64,000 nt of DNA from Candidatus Lloydbacteria bacterium RIFCSPHIGHO2_02_FULL_50_18. Lineage in GTDB: Bacteria; Patescibacteriota; Minisyncoccia; Phycocordibacterales; UBA6899. Below, piece by piece: positions 39,209 to 48,056 of the stretch. How positions within the stretch are numbered: the stretch's first letter is position 1; each line of letters begins with the position of its first letter. The stretch is taken from contig MHLM01000001.1 of the NCBI GenBank assembly GCA_001821395.1, positions 96,001-160,000 of the forward strand, read 5' to 3'. A program made the translations under genes and the position numbers. The notes below the pieces were generated by a model. That model worked only from the letters and a program-made list of their open reading frames with translations, searched no databases and was not told where the DNA came from.

Positions 39209-39454
39209 TCAGCGATGAATGATGAGGCGCAGGGCGGCTTTGATCATGACCAGCCCCATGATACATGAGAGGAGCGGAATGATGAGCATAAACGAGAATT
39301 TGATGTCGTAGATCACTACGATAGAGAAGTAGGCACACCCGGCAAGCAAGTGCAGCATGCCCCAGATCATGAGACAAAATCCCGCCTTACGCCGAGACTT
39401 TTCAAGGCGGAACGCACGCACGAAGGACTCTGCGAGGTCAACAACGAGCTTCAT
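39209..39454 (-). CDS. Small membrane protein (hypothetical)
   Basis: Two TM helices. The start was chosen at MKLVVD. Confidence 0.4.
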   Translation of the reverse strand: MKLVVDLAESFVRAFRLEKSRRKAGFCLMIWGMLHLLAGCAYFSIVVIYDIKFSFMLIIPLLSCIMGLVMIKAALRLIIHR

Positions 39455-39521
39455 TGAATGAACTCCTTCTACGAATACGGATATCTGTTCATAGCATAGT
39501 ACGAGTGGTACTAATGTCAAT

Positions 39522-40481
39522 TCAACGATCCGTATCAGACAAAAAATCAGTCACGATGGATTCTATCTCCGCCGCCCCACCGGCCTCCATAAGTCTGACG
39601 CGTAATTCCTTTGCGCCGTCGAAGCCATTCACATACGCTTTGTAATGCTTCTTCATCACGGCAAAATTCTTCACATCGCCCAATAGTTCCACGAAGAGCC
39701 TAGTGTGTTCGAGCATGATGGCAAAGCGCTCTGCTAATTTCATTTCATCCAACGATCTGCCGGCAAACAAAAATGGATTACCAAAGATCGCACGGCCGAG
39801 CATGATGCCGTCCGCGCCTGTTTCTTCTGCTTTCTTTTGTGCATCATCGAGATCTTTCACGTCACCGTTGCCGATGATGAGCGTACCCGTTCCTTTCGCC
39901 ATTCGGACCGCTTCCGCTATGTGCTCCCACCTGGCCGGAACATCGGACATTTCTTTTCTCGTTCGTGCGTGTACGGTGATTGCCGCAGGCTTCGCATCAA
40001 GGAGTGCAGAAAGCCACGTATCAAGTTCAACAGCGTTATACCCCACACGCGTCTTCACTGACACGGGGAGCTGGGGTGCACCCTCTTTTGTTGCGGCAAT
40101 GATCTCTTGCGCAAGTTTTGGATGCTTCATCAGACTTGCCCCACCGCCTTGCTTCTCGACGTTCTTATCGGGACAACCCATATTGATATCGATACCATCG
40201 AACCCGAGTTGTGCGATCAATGCTGCAACCTTAAAAAAATGATCGGGCTTTGACCCAAAGACCTGTGCAACGATAGGGCGCTCTTCCTCCGTATACAAGA
40301 GGTCCTTCAAGAGCACTGCGCTTCCCGGCGACAAAAGACCGTCCACGGCGACGAACTCAGTCCAGAGCACATCGGGCTTTCCGTACTTTGCAACAATACG
40401 TCGAAGGGCGGCATCGGTGACATCGGCCATCGGCGCAAGAGCAAAAAAAGGTTTCGGGAGTTGTGCCCAGAAGTTTGACAT
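39522..40481 (-). CDS. dus: tRNA-dihydrouridine synthase
   Basis: FALAPMADVTDAALRRI, GFDGIDINMGCP, and the TIM-barrel catalytic Cys. Confidence 0.85.
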   Translation of the reverse strand: MSNFWAQLPKPFFALAPMADVTDAALRRIVAKYGKPDVLWTEFVAVDGLLSPGSAVLLKDLLYTEEERPIVAQVFGSKPDHFFKVAALIAQLGFDGIDINMGCPDKNVEKQGGGASLMKHPKLAQEIIAATKEGAPQLPVSVKTRVGYNAVELDTWLSALLDAKPAAITVHARTRKEMSDVPARWEHIAEAVRMAKGTGTLIIGNGDVKDLDDAQKKAEETGADGIMLGRAIFGNPFLFAGRSLDEMKLAERFAIMLEHTRLFVELLGDVKNFAVMKKHYKAYVNGFDGAKELRVRLMEAGGAAEIESIVTDFLSDTDR

Positions 40482-40560
40482 TATGGAACTATAAGGTAGT
40501 TCGCAGGGTGGCGTCAACCACATTACTCCTTAATAAACAGACGTCACAAGACGATCGCAT

Positions 40561-43239
40561 TTACTGAACCGGAGGCTGATCAGGCAAACGGAGAAGCGCC
40601 TGATCGAATGCGGAGAGCGGTTCATCTTTCTTTTCCTCTGTCATCAAGCGCGGAAAATCTGCACGCGTGAAAACGAGTGTCGAACCCTGCTCGAGCTTAC
40701 CGCCGATGATCTTCTCGGCGACCTTTTGCTCTATCACCTCTTGGACAGCGCGTGTCATCGGGCGCGCACCCATGTCGGGATCGACACCATCAAGCATGAC
40801 CGCATCGATGACCGTATCATTGATGACCAAATTGATACTTTTTTCACGAAGACGCTTTTGCAGCTTTTTCAGCATGAGTTCTGCTATGCGACGATAATCG
40901 GGAACGGTCAACGGATGGAACAAAATAATGCCGTCGAAACGATTGAAGAGTTCGGGCTTCAGCTTTCCCTGACCGATGATAGTATCAATGATCTCTTTTT
41001 TAACGCTTTCGAGTTCTTTTCCCTCGTGCATTGCCTCGCGTATCTGCGGCGCACCTGCATTCGATGTCGCGATAAAGATCGTATTGCGCGCATTCACCTT
41101 CTTCCCCTGTGCATCATGAAAGACTCCTTCGTCCAAGACCTGAAGAAAGAGATCGAGCACCTTGGTATTCGTCTTTTCAAACTCGTCGAGCAGAAGGACT
41201 CCGTAGGGCTGTTCCTTGAGCAATATTGTAAGTGCTCCGGGTGTTCCATCCATTCCGCCGATCATGCGATCGAGCCCATCATCACCCTGATATTCACTCA
41301 TATCGAGACGCGCCATCGCATTCTCGTTCCCAAAGAACACCGTCGCTAGGGCTTTTGCCGTTTCCGTCTTTCCCACTCCGGTCGGTCCCAAGAAAAGGAA
41401 TGCACCGATCGGTCTGTTCATGTTACGCACACCCGCTCGGGAGCGACGCATGGCATTCGCAATAACTTGAAGCGCCTCCTCCTGACCAACAACGAGTTTT
41501 TGCATAATCGTCTCAAGATTGAGCAATCTATCCCGCTCTTCCTCGCTAATATCACCAACGGGAATACTGGTCTTTTCGTGGATGAATCGCAGCACATCCA
41601 CTTTCTTGACGATGTGCCCTCCGTGCGCAAGCATGCTTGGCGTCAGTTCAACCAAGATATCGATCGCCTTGTCCGGCATGACCCCTTCGCTGAAATAGTG
41701 CTGCGCCCCGCTGATGATCTCAGTGATCGCGGGATAGGTGAAAAAGATGGGATTTCTCCGTTCGGTCTCCTCAGCGACCTCCTCGATGATGCGAACGAGT
41801 GACGCTTCAGCCGGCTCCGTAAGCATCACCTTCTCAAAACGTTTCATGATCGCATTGTTCGGCTCAATGAATTGATGAAATCGGGAATTATCCGCAGTCG
41901 CGATGACTTGAATGAAATCCCCGGAGAGATACGGATCGAGAATGCCGACCACGTCCGCATCAATTGCGAGCGCACCCTGAATAAATCCCGGCAGGTCATC
42001 AATGACGAGAATAATATTCCCCGCCTTTACGGCGTCATTCATGATACGGATAAAAGACGTTTCAAGTTCCTGCTTTGTTTTCATCGTCGCGATGAACGCA
42101 TTCGCATCAAAAGCCATGACCCGCTTGTGCATTAACGTCGGATTGATGTATCCGTTCATGATATCCCGTGCAAAATCCAAGATCACGTCCATTTTACCTG
42201 TGCCTTCTTCACCAACAAGAATAGCATTCGCTTCCTTCGAGCGGGACAAAACGACCTCGAGCTGCTTGATCTGCTCGCTTCCGTAAATGAAGTTAAAACT
42301 CGAACCTCCTCCGATCGCTTCTTTAGTGAGGTCATGACTGAACCGACTGAGCGCATATGCGGAACCGTACGCAAAGTCTGCACCGAACGACGGCGACTGT
42401 CCGAGCGACACCTTACCCCAATAACGTTTTTTCTGTTTTCTTTTTTTGATCTGTCGCTCCACCCACTCGGTCGCTCCGACAAGTTCGCGCTTTCTCACTC
42501 CGAGTCCAAAGAGAAACTGGTAGAAATCCGGATCCAATTCGGTTATTTTGTTTGAAAGATCAAACAGCGTGAAAACTTCACGAAGCTCAGATTCCTTTTC
42601 TGCAAAATTCACGATGGTTGTTCTGTTCTTCAAATACTCTCTGACCGATTCCTCGCCGATGCCGCAACGAGTGAGAATATGCCGTCCATATCGTGAGGTG
42701 GCAAATGCAAAGAGGAGGTCTCCGTGTGCAACGACATAATATATTTCCGCTACCTCGTAATTTGGGATCGTATATGGGGTCTGCGCCCCCACAGCGCCAC
42801 GCTCGAGGAGTGCCTCGACATAATAATAGTAAGAATTGCCGTAGAAGCGAAGCATCTTCATTGTAAGCCAGACCGCAAAAGCCATGAGAAAAATGCCATT
42901 TCCGATAGGATTTTTTGTATCAAGCGGAATACGAGTTCCGCCGACAAAAGGAATGAGGTTCGGAATCGGGGCACTCGTAGGTATCGCGACCTGATCGGCA
43001 CTTGGGACGGTCACCGTATCACCGAAAAACTGCTGATATTGCGTGGGGATAGCGACACCACTCAAAAGCTTCGCCCTGATAAGGGGGGCACAGAGTATTC
43101 CGAGATAGATGATAACGATCGTTCCGCTCAAAACAGAAACCCATCCGCGGATTTTTCTTGATAATACTGCGTCAAGAACGATCGTTTTGTGATAACGCTC
43201 TGCCGGTTCTTTAAAAAAACTGTTATTGAATCCAAGCAT
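40561..43239 (-). CDS. Membrane-anchored ClpA/ClpB-like class I AAA+ ATPase
   Basis: The N-terminal ~300 aa contain 2-3 TM helices. D1 has a degenerate Walker A GEEGTGKM (Met in place of Thr/Ser). D2 is intact: GPTGVGKTETAKALA, LLLDEFEKTNTKVLDLFLQVLDEG, TIFIATSNAG. Confidence 0.75.
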   Translation of the reverse strand: MLGFNNSFFKEPAERYHKTIVLDAVLSRKIRGWVSVLSGTIVIIYLGILCAPLIRAKLLSGVAIPTQYQQFFGDTVTVPSADQVAIPTSAPIPNLIPFVGGTRIPLDTKNPIGNGIFLMAFAVWLTMKMLRFYGNSYYYYVEALLERGAVGAQTPYTIPNYEVAEIYYVVAHGDLLFAFATSRYGRHILTRCGIGEESVREYLKNRTTIVNFAEKESELREVFTLFDLSNKITELDPDFYQFLFGLGVRKRELVGATEWVERQIKKRKQKKRYWGKVSLGQSPSFGADFAYGSAYALSRFSHDLTKEAIGGGSSFNFIYGSEQIKQLEVVLSRSKEANAILVGEEGTGKMDVILDFARDIMNGYINPTLMHKRVMAFDANAFIATMKTKQELETSFIRIMNDAVKAGNIILVIDDLPGFIQGALAIDADVVGILDPYLSGDFIQVIATADNSRFHQFIEPNNAIMKRFEKVMLTEPAEASLVRIIEEVAEETERRNPIFFTYPAITEIISGAQHYFSEGVMPDKAIDILVELTPSMLAHGGHIVKKVDVLRFIHEKTSIPVGDISEEERDRLLNLETIMQKLVVGQEEALQVIANAMRRSRAGVRNMNRPIGAFLFLGPTGVGKTETAKALATVFFGNENAMARLDMSEYQGDDGLDRMIGGMDGTPGALTILLKEQPYGVLLLDEFEKTNTKVLDLFLQVLDEGVFHDAQGKKVNARNTIFIATSNAGAPQIREAMHEGKELESVKKEIIDTIIGQGKLKPELFNRFDGIILFHPLTVPDYRRIAELMLKKLQKRLREKSINLVINDTVIDAVMLDGVDPDMGARPMTRAVQEVIEQKVAEKIIGGKLEQGSTLVFTRADFPRLMTEEKKDEPLSAFDQALLRLPDQPPVQ

Positions 43240-43241
43240 GA

Positions 43242-43703
43242 TCAGAAGGTCAGTGAATGAATTCCGGTAATGAAAAAATGTCCGACAAGAATAGGGAGGA
43301 TCGTCCACAGCAAGATGATCGCCATACCAAGAAGCAGTACGATAAAAAAGCAAATAATGGCAATACCGATGAGCGCACTACGGAGCACAAAGCCGACCAT
43401 CCGCATGATAAAATTGACGACCATGTTGCCAAAAAACTCTCCTGGATCAATGATCAGACTTACTTTTTTCTCCTGAAGCCTCTTGAACGGAGCGACCCAG
43501 CTTCGCACGACGTCAGGAAAAGAAAAAAGATGATTCACATACCAAAGATAGTTCCACCAAATGTGGACAATATCCACATAGGCCAGTGAATAGTGCCAAA
43601 CAAAGTAATCTCGCATGAGCGCCAATAGGGGCATATAGTAAAAGTATATCATGGAGCGGGCAACAACGAATAGCGAGTAGCAAATATGTATAAAAAACCG
43701 CAA
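43242..43703 (-). CDS. Polytopic membrane protein (hypothetical), immediately upstream of the AAA+ gene
   Basis: Four predicted TM helices. Its stop abuts the start of the AAA+ gene. Confidence 0.55.
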   Translation of the reverse strand: MRFFIHICYSLFVVARSMIYFYYMPLLALMRDYFVWHYSLAYVDIVHIWWNYLWYVNHLFSFPDVVRSWVAPFKRLQEKKVSLIIDPGEFFGNMVVNFIMRMVGFVLRSALIGIAIICFFIVLLLGMAIILLWTILPILVGHFFITGIHSLTF

Positions 43704-43737
43704 ACCATTAATGGCGTGCGGTTGTTGTTCAACGGAT

Positions 43738-44331
43738 CTACCTGTACTTATTACACCGAATGAGCTGAGTAAAGTCGTTTTGGTCTTTTATAGCCAGGCA
43801 CATGCCACTCTCATAAAATTCAAATCCATCTCTAGTGATCGCACCGTCAGCACTGTCGGTATCGAGTCTAAAAAAATAACCAGAGACAAATCCATCATTT
43901 GCAGTCTTTAACAGAACACTGTGTCCCTCAGGTTCCACCCTTCCACGATCACGTGCGCGATACTTGATTGTCAGCAATAGTTCGCGTGCTCCTCTATATT
44001 CATGTTTCGCAATAAGTTTTGCCGCCGCAAGCATATCCGTTTCATTGCGGAGCAACGCCAGTGCATGATCCAATTGCTCATATCGTTTAGAGTTCCCCTG
44101 GCAAGAACGATATGCGAAAGTATCGGCATAGACGAGGGCGCCCACTGCCTCGCTAACATCCCCTGACTTGATGGCAAGCGCCGCGTACTTCTCGAACACA
44201 GCGATCTGCCGTTTCATTTTTTGCATTTGCGGCGCACTCATCGAATCGCAGCGCTCTGTGAGTGGCGCGGCAAAGGAAATTTCGGGTAACGCGATAGCAA
44301 GCACAGCAAAAAATATTTTGACAAAATTCAT
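43738..44331 (-). CDS. Secreted hypothetical protein
   Basis: Signal peptide MNFVKIFFAVLAIALPEISFA. Confidence 0.5.
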   Translation of the reverse strand: MNFVKIFFAVLAIALPEISFAAPLTERCDSMSAPQMQKMKRQIAVFEKYAALAIKSGDVSEAVGALVYADTFAYRSCQGNSKRYEQLDHALALLRNETDMLAAAKLIAKHEYRGARELLLTIKYRARDRGRVEPEGHSVLLKTANDGFVSGYFFRLDTDSADGAITRDGFEFYESGMCLAIKDQNDFTQLIRCNKYR

Positions 44332-44412
44332 GATTATCCTTTTCTGCGTGGTCCTAAAACATGGTACCATAAAAACGATAGAAGTCAACATAATGCTACC
44401 AATAGATGGCGG

Positions 44413-45255
44413 CTACTTATAGAATATTTTATTGCCAAAACGCAAGTCGATCGACTTCACCGTTGTTGTCCCCTTCTTTGTACGCGCGATCTCCTCTTCA
44501 GCAAGCTTCAAGTTTGCAACACTTGCGCTCGGATCCTTCGATGAGGTCCATGAAAAAATCCATGGCTTGTCACTCGTGAAGGAGTAATCATGCTCATCAA
44601 GCTGGTCGATCTCATGCACGAAAATTCCCTCCTTTTCCAGCTCAGCAATAACGGCATACACTCTTTCGAGTTCTTCTTTCGGAAGCATAAATAATCCGAT
44701 CGGAGTATCCTGTTCGCTTTCACCCGCAATATTGGTGCGATAAATATCGAACGGGTAACCGGAGTACTCCGGAGCAAGCGCAAATACATAACCCTCACTG
44801 TCGGCGAGATAACAAATACCGCGGTCAGTCGTCGAGGCCTCAGCGCCACTCATGCACCAGAGATGCTTTGGCAGATACTCTATTATATTGATCTTCAGTA
44901 TCTTTTTTGCCTCAACGTTCATGTCGACCGCTTTGATGTGCGCATCAAAAGCGAGTAACGCAAGTGAAAGTTCCGAGCTTGGGTAAAAGAGTGCATTGTT
45001 GCGGTCTATCCTCCAAAGGATCTTTTCGGAAAGTAGTTTTTGTGCGATATTCCTGATCTCATCTGCACTACTTGCTACCGCTCCGGAGACCTCGATCGTA
45101 CTGATGCGAATAGCCTCCCGCTCCGCCCCCCAACTCACCGCGAAAAAAAGAAAATACCCAATCAATAAAAACTGACAGAGCCGTTCGAACGCGAGATCAA
45201 TGCGACGCATCCGGGCTCGTCCTGATTTAAGTGTTTTACGCGAGAGAAAGGCCAT
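44413..45255 (-). CDS. FtsQ/DivIB-like cell division protein (POTRA domain)
   Basis: N-terminal TM and a POTRA-like IRISTIEVSG, with a beta-rich C-domain. Confidence 0.5.
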   Translation of the reverse strand: MAFLSRKTLKSGRARMRRIDLAFERLCQFLLIGYFLFFAVSWGAEREAIRISTIEVSGAVASSADEIRNIAQKLLSEKILWRIDRNNALFYPSSELSLALLAFDAHIKAVDMNVEAKKILKINIIEYLPKHLWCMSGAEASTTDRGICYLADSEGYVFALAPEYSGYPFDIYRTNIAGESEQDTPIGLFMLPKEELERVYAVIAELEKEGIFVHEIDQLDEHDYSFTSDKPWIFSWTSSKDPSASVANLKLAEEEIARTKKGTTTVKSIDLRFGNKIFYK

Positions 45256-45264
45256 ACGCAGAGT

Positions 45265-46530
45265 TTAACCCCCGATGACACTTTTGCCCATGAATTGCTG
45301 CAGCGCTTCCGGAACACGGATCGTACCGTCGGACTGCTGATAGTTCTCAACAATAGAAACAAGGATGCGCGGTGTCGGAATGGCGGTGCAATTAAGCGAG
45401 TGCACAAATCGTAATTTCCCCTCCTTATCGCGATAACGCATATTGAGTCGTCTCGTCTGGAAATCATGAAAATACGACGCGGAACTGATCTCGCGATACT
45501 TCCCTTCACCGGGTACCCACAATTCGATATCATACTTCTTTACCTGACCGAGACCGAGATCTCCTCCGCAATTAACGACCGTGTGATACGGGATACCCAA
45601 GAGCTCAATGAATTCTTCGGTATTGCGGTTGATCTCCTCGTGAAGACGCACCGATTCTTCATGGCTCCCCTCGCACAGTACGACCTGCTCCCATTTAAAG
45701 AATTCATGGACACGGATAAGTCCGCGCGTGTCTTTCCCGTGCGCCCCCGCTTCGCGTCGGAAACATGGAGAGAAAGCGAGGAACTTGATCGGACCGCCCG
45801 AAATATCGATCGTCTCGTCCATATAGTAACCCATCGTGGCAACCTCACCTGTTCCGGCGAGAAAATCGCCGTCTTGGGTCTTATACAGGTCATCTTCGCC
45901 CTGAGGAAGATATCCGGTGCCGAGAAATGTTTCACGCCGTACGAGTGATGGGACGAGCATCGGCATGAAGCCTTTTGCGCCCCAGTGCTTGATCGCGAGT
46001 TGCCAAACCGCATTCGCGAGCATGAAGCCGTCACCCTTGAGAAAATAGCCGCGAAAACCGGACACTTTTGTCCCTCGCTCGAAATCGACCATGTCGTGCT
46101 TTTCCATGAGGTCGATGTGGCTTTGCGCAGGGAAAGGAAATGCGGTCGGTTCACCCCAGCGTTTCACCTCCTGATTCTCTGCATCGCTCTCGCCGTCCGG
46201 AACAGAGATGTCGGGCACGTTCGGTACCTGCAGCATCTCAAACCGCCAGCCCTCCATCACTCCCTTTAATTCTTCTTCTTTTGCCATGAGCGTATCCTTC
46301 AAGAGCTTCATCTGATCGATCATTGACTGTCGTTCGGTCTGATCGCTCGCACGCGCGATCTTGTCGGTATATGAATTCTGCTCAGCGCGCATTGTCTCAA
46401 CCTCAGTGAGCAATGCGGAGCGCCGGCCTTCCAAACGCAACAGTTCATCTACATTAAAATCAATACGCTTCTTTTTGGCCGCCGCCTTGATGAGGTCGGG
46501 GTTTTCTCTTATGAATTTTATATCAAGCAT
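45265..46530 (-). CDS. serS: Seryl-tRNA synthetase
   Basis: MLDIKFIRENPDLIKAAAKKK, class II motifs. Confidence 0.9.
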   Translation of the reverse strand: MLDIKFIRENPDLIKAAAKKKRIDFNVDELLRLEGRRSALLTEVETMRAEQNSYTDKIARASDQTERQSMIDQMKLLKDTLMAKEEELKGVMEGWRFEMLQVPNVPDISVPDGESDAENQEVKRWGEPTAFPFPAQSHIDLMEKHDMVDFERGTKVSGFRGYFLKGDGFMLANAVWQLAIKHWGAKGFMPMLVPSLVRRETFLGTGYLPQGEDDLYKTQDGDFLAGTGEVATMGYYMDETIDISGGPIKFLAFSPCFRREAGAHGKDTRGLIRVHEFFKWEQVVLCEGSHEESVRLHEEINRNTEEFIELLGIPYHTVVNCGGDLGLGQVKKYDIELWVPGEGKYREISSASYFHDFQTRRLNMRYRDKEGKLRFVHSLNCTAIPTPRILVSIVENYQQSDGTIRVPEALQQFMGKSVIGG

Positions 46531-46587
46531 GGAAACATCATAGCAAAACTGCGGGAAAAAGAAAAAAGTACAAAAAAAGCCGGATGT

Positions 46588-46899
46588 TCATCCTGCTTTC
46601 TTGTCGTAACGATTTGGCTTCATATAACGTTCCGCATCCTTTTCACCGAACAAATTGCAAACATCAAGAACATCAAGCGCGTAAAGAAATTTCTTCCATG
46701 CAAATTTCACAACTGTGAATGCGCCAATCGTTGCGCAAGTATAGGCAATCAGCTGCGGGTGAAAAAAATGAGCGCTCAATGTGACCCACAATGACTGAAT
46801 GGCATTTGTACCGAAATGATATACACAGACAATACCGAGCAGTGCAGTCACGACAGAAACAACGACAACTACATATAATCTGAATCTAATGTTGCTCAA
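46588..46899 (-). CDS. Small membrane protein (hypothetical)
   Basis: Three TM helices. Confidence 0.45.
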   Translation of the reverse strand: MSNIRFRLYVVVVVSVVTALLGIVCVYHFGTNAIQSLWVTLSAHFFHPQLIAYTCATIGAFTVVKFAWKKFLYALDVLDVCNLFGEKDAERYMKPNRYDKKAG

Positions 46900-47007
46900 T
46901 TTCTATACCCCTTATACGGTGTCGCATTTCTTGCAAAAGAATATCACTGGATTATCATCTGTCAACTTTCCTGCGATTGCGTTACTTGATCTATAATAGA
47001 ATGCATC

Positions 47008-47880
47008 ATGGGATATACAATCAGACAACTTTCCGACCAGGAGTTCCCTCCCCAGCTTCTCGAAATACCCGAGCCCCCGAAAGAATTATGGCTCGCCGGT
47101 GAACTCCCATCACCCGATACAGTGCTCCTTACCGTCGTCGGTGCACGCAAGCACACCTCGTACGGAAGAGAAGCATGCGAGGAAATCATTGCGGGGCTTG
47201 CGGGATACGACATCACCATTGTCTCCGGACTCGCCATTGGCATTGATGCGATCGCGCACGAGTCGGCGATACGCGCAGGACTTATGACCATCGCTGTTCC
47301 GGGATCGGGACTTGACCCTCGTGTGCTTTATCCGCGCACCAATTACCAACTTGCCGAGCGGATTCTTGAAGCAGGCGGTGCGCTGCTTTCTGAGTTTGCA
47401 CCCGATACCCCTCCTGCTCCGTGGACGTTCCCAAAGAGGAATCGCATCATGGCGGGTCTTGCCCGCGCGACACTCCTTATCGAAGCACAAGAAAGATCCG
47501 GTACGCTCATCACCGCGCGACTTGCCACGGACTATAACCGAGAGCTTCTCGTTGTGCCTGGAAGCATCTTTTCTCCGCTTTCAAAAGGAACGAATCAATT
47601 CATCGCACTCGGGGCAACGCCGGTGACCTCCGCCGCCGACGTGCTCCGAGCGCTTGGATTTAACACTGAGGATATGGCGGAAAAAGTAGAGATCGATCTT
47701 TCACAATTCCCTTCCGATGAGCGAGCAGTGCTTGAGCTCCTCACCGAGCCACTGGAGCGTGAGCGGCTCATTACGCAAATGGGGGTAAGCGCGAGCGATG
47801 CGAATGTGCTTTTGATGAGACTCGAGATCAATGGATACATATCGGATACACCGGAGGGCATTCGCAGGAACTATATATAA
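47008..47880 (+). CDS. dprA: DNA-processing protein DprA (Smf)
   Basis: Rossmann-like VVGARKHTSYGREACEEIIAGLA...VSGLAIGIDAIAHE. Classic dprA-topA synteny. Confidence 0.85.
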   Translation: MGYTIRQLSDQEFPPQLLEIPEPPKELWLAGELPSPDTVLLTVVGARKHTSYGREACEEIIAGLAGYDITIVSGLAIGIDAIAHESAIRAGLMTIAVPGSGLDPRVLYPRTNYQLAERILEAGGALLSEFAPDTPPAPWTFPKRNRIMAGLARATLLIEAQERSGTLITARLATDYNRELLVVPGSIFSPLSKGTNQFIALGATPVTSAADVLRALGFNTEDMAEKVEIDLSQFPSDERAVLELLTEPLERERLITQMGVSASDANVLLMRLEINGYISDTPEGIRRNYI

Positions 47881-48056
47881 TAGCAATGGTAATTACTGCG
47901 TAAGGAAGTCTGCGCAACGTGTGCCAACGTTGCATTTTCACTATTCACAACGCGAAGAAACATGATGATAGCGGTGCTCTTTTTGAAATTTATTTTTTAT
48001 CCACGATTTGCAAATTATTTTTTGGCATGATACTTATTGAAAGCATGTCAGTAGCA

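Noticed and set aside
45540-46154. 204-aa minus-strand ORF inside serS (alternative frame)
   Set aside because: It overlaps serS, which has unmistakable class II aaRS motifs. Its translation is Ser/Arg-rich and low-complexity.
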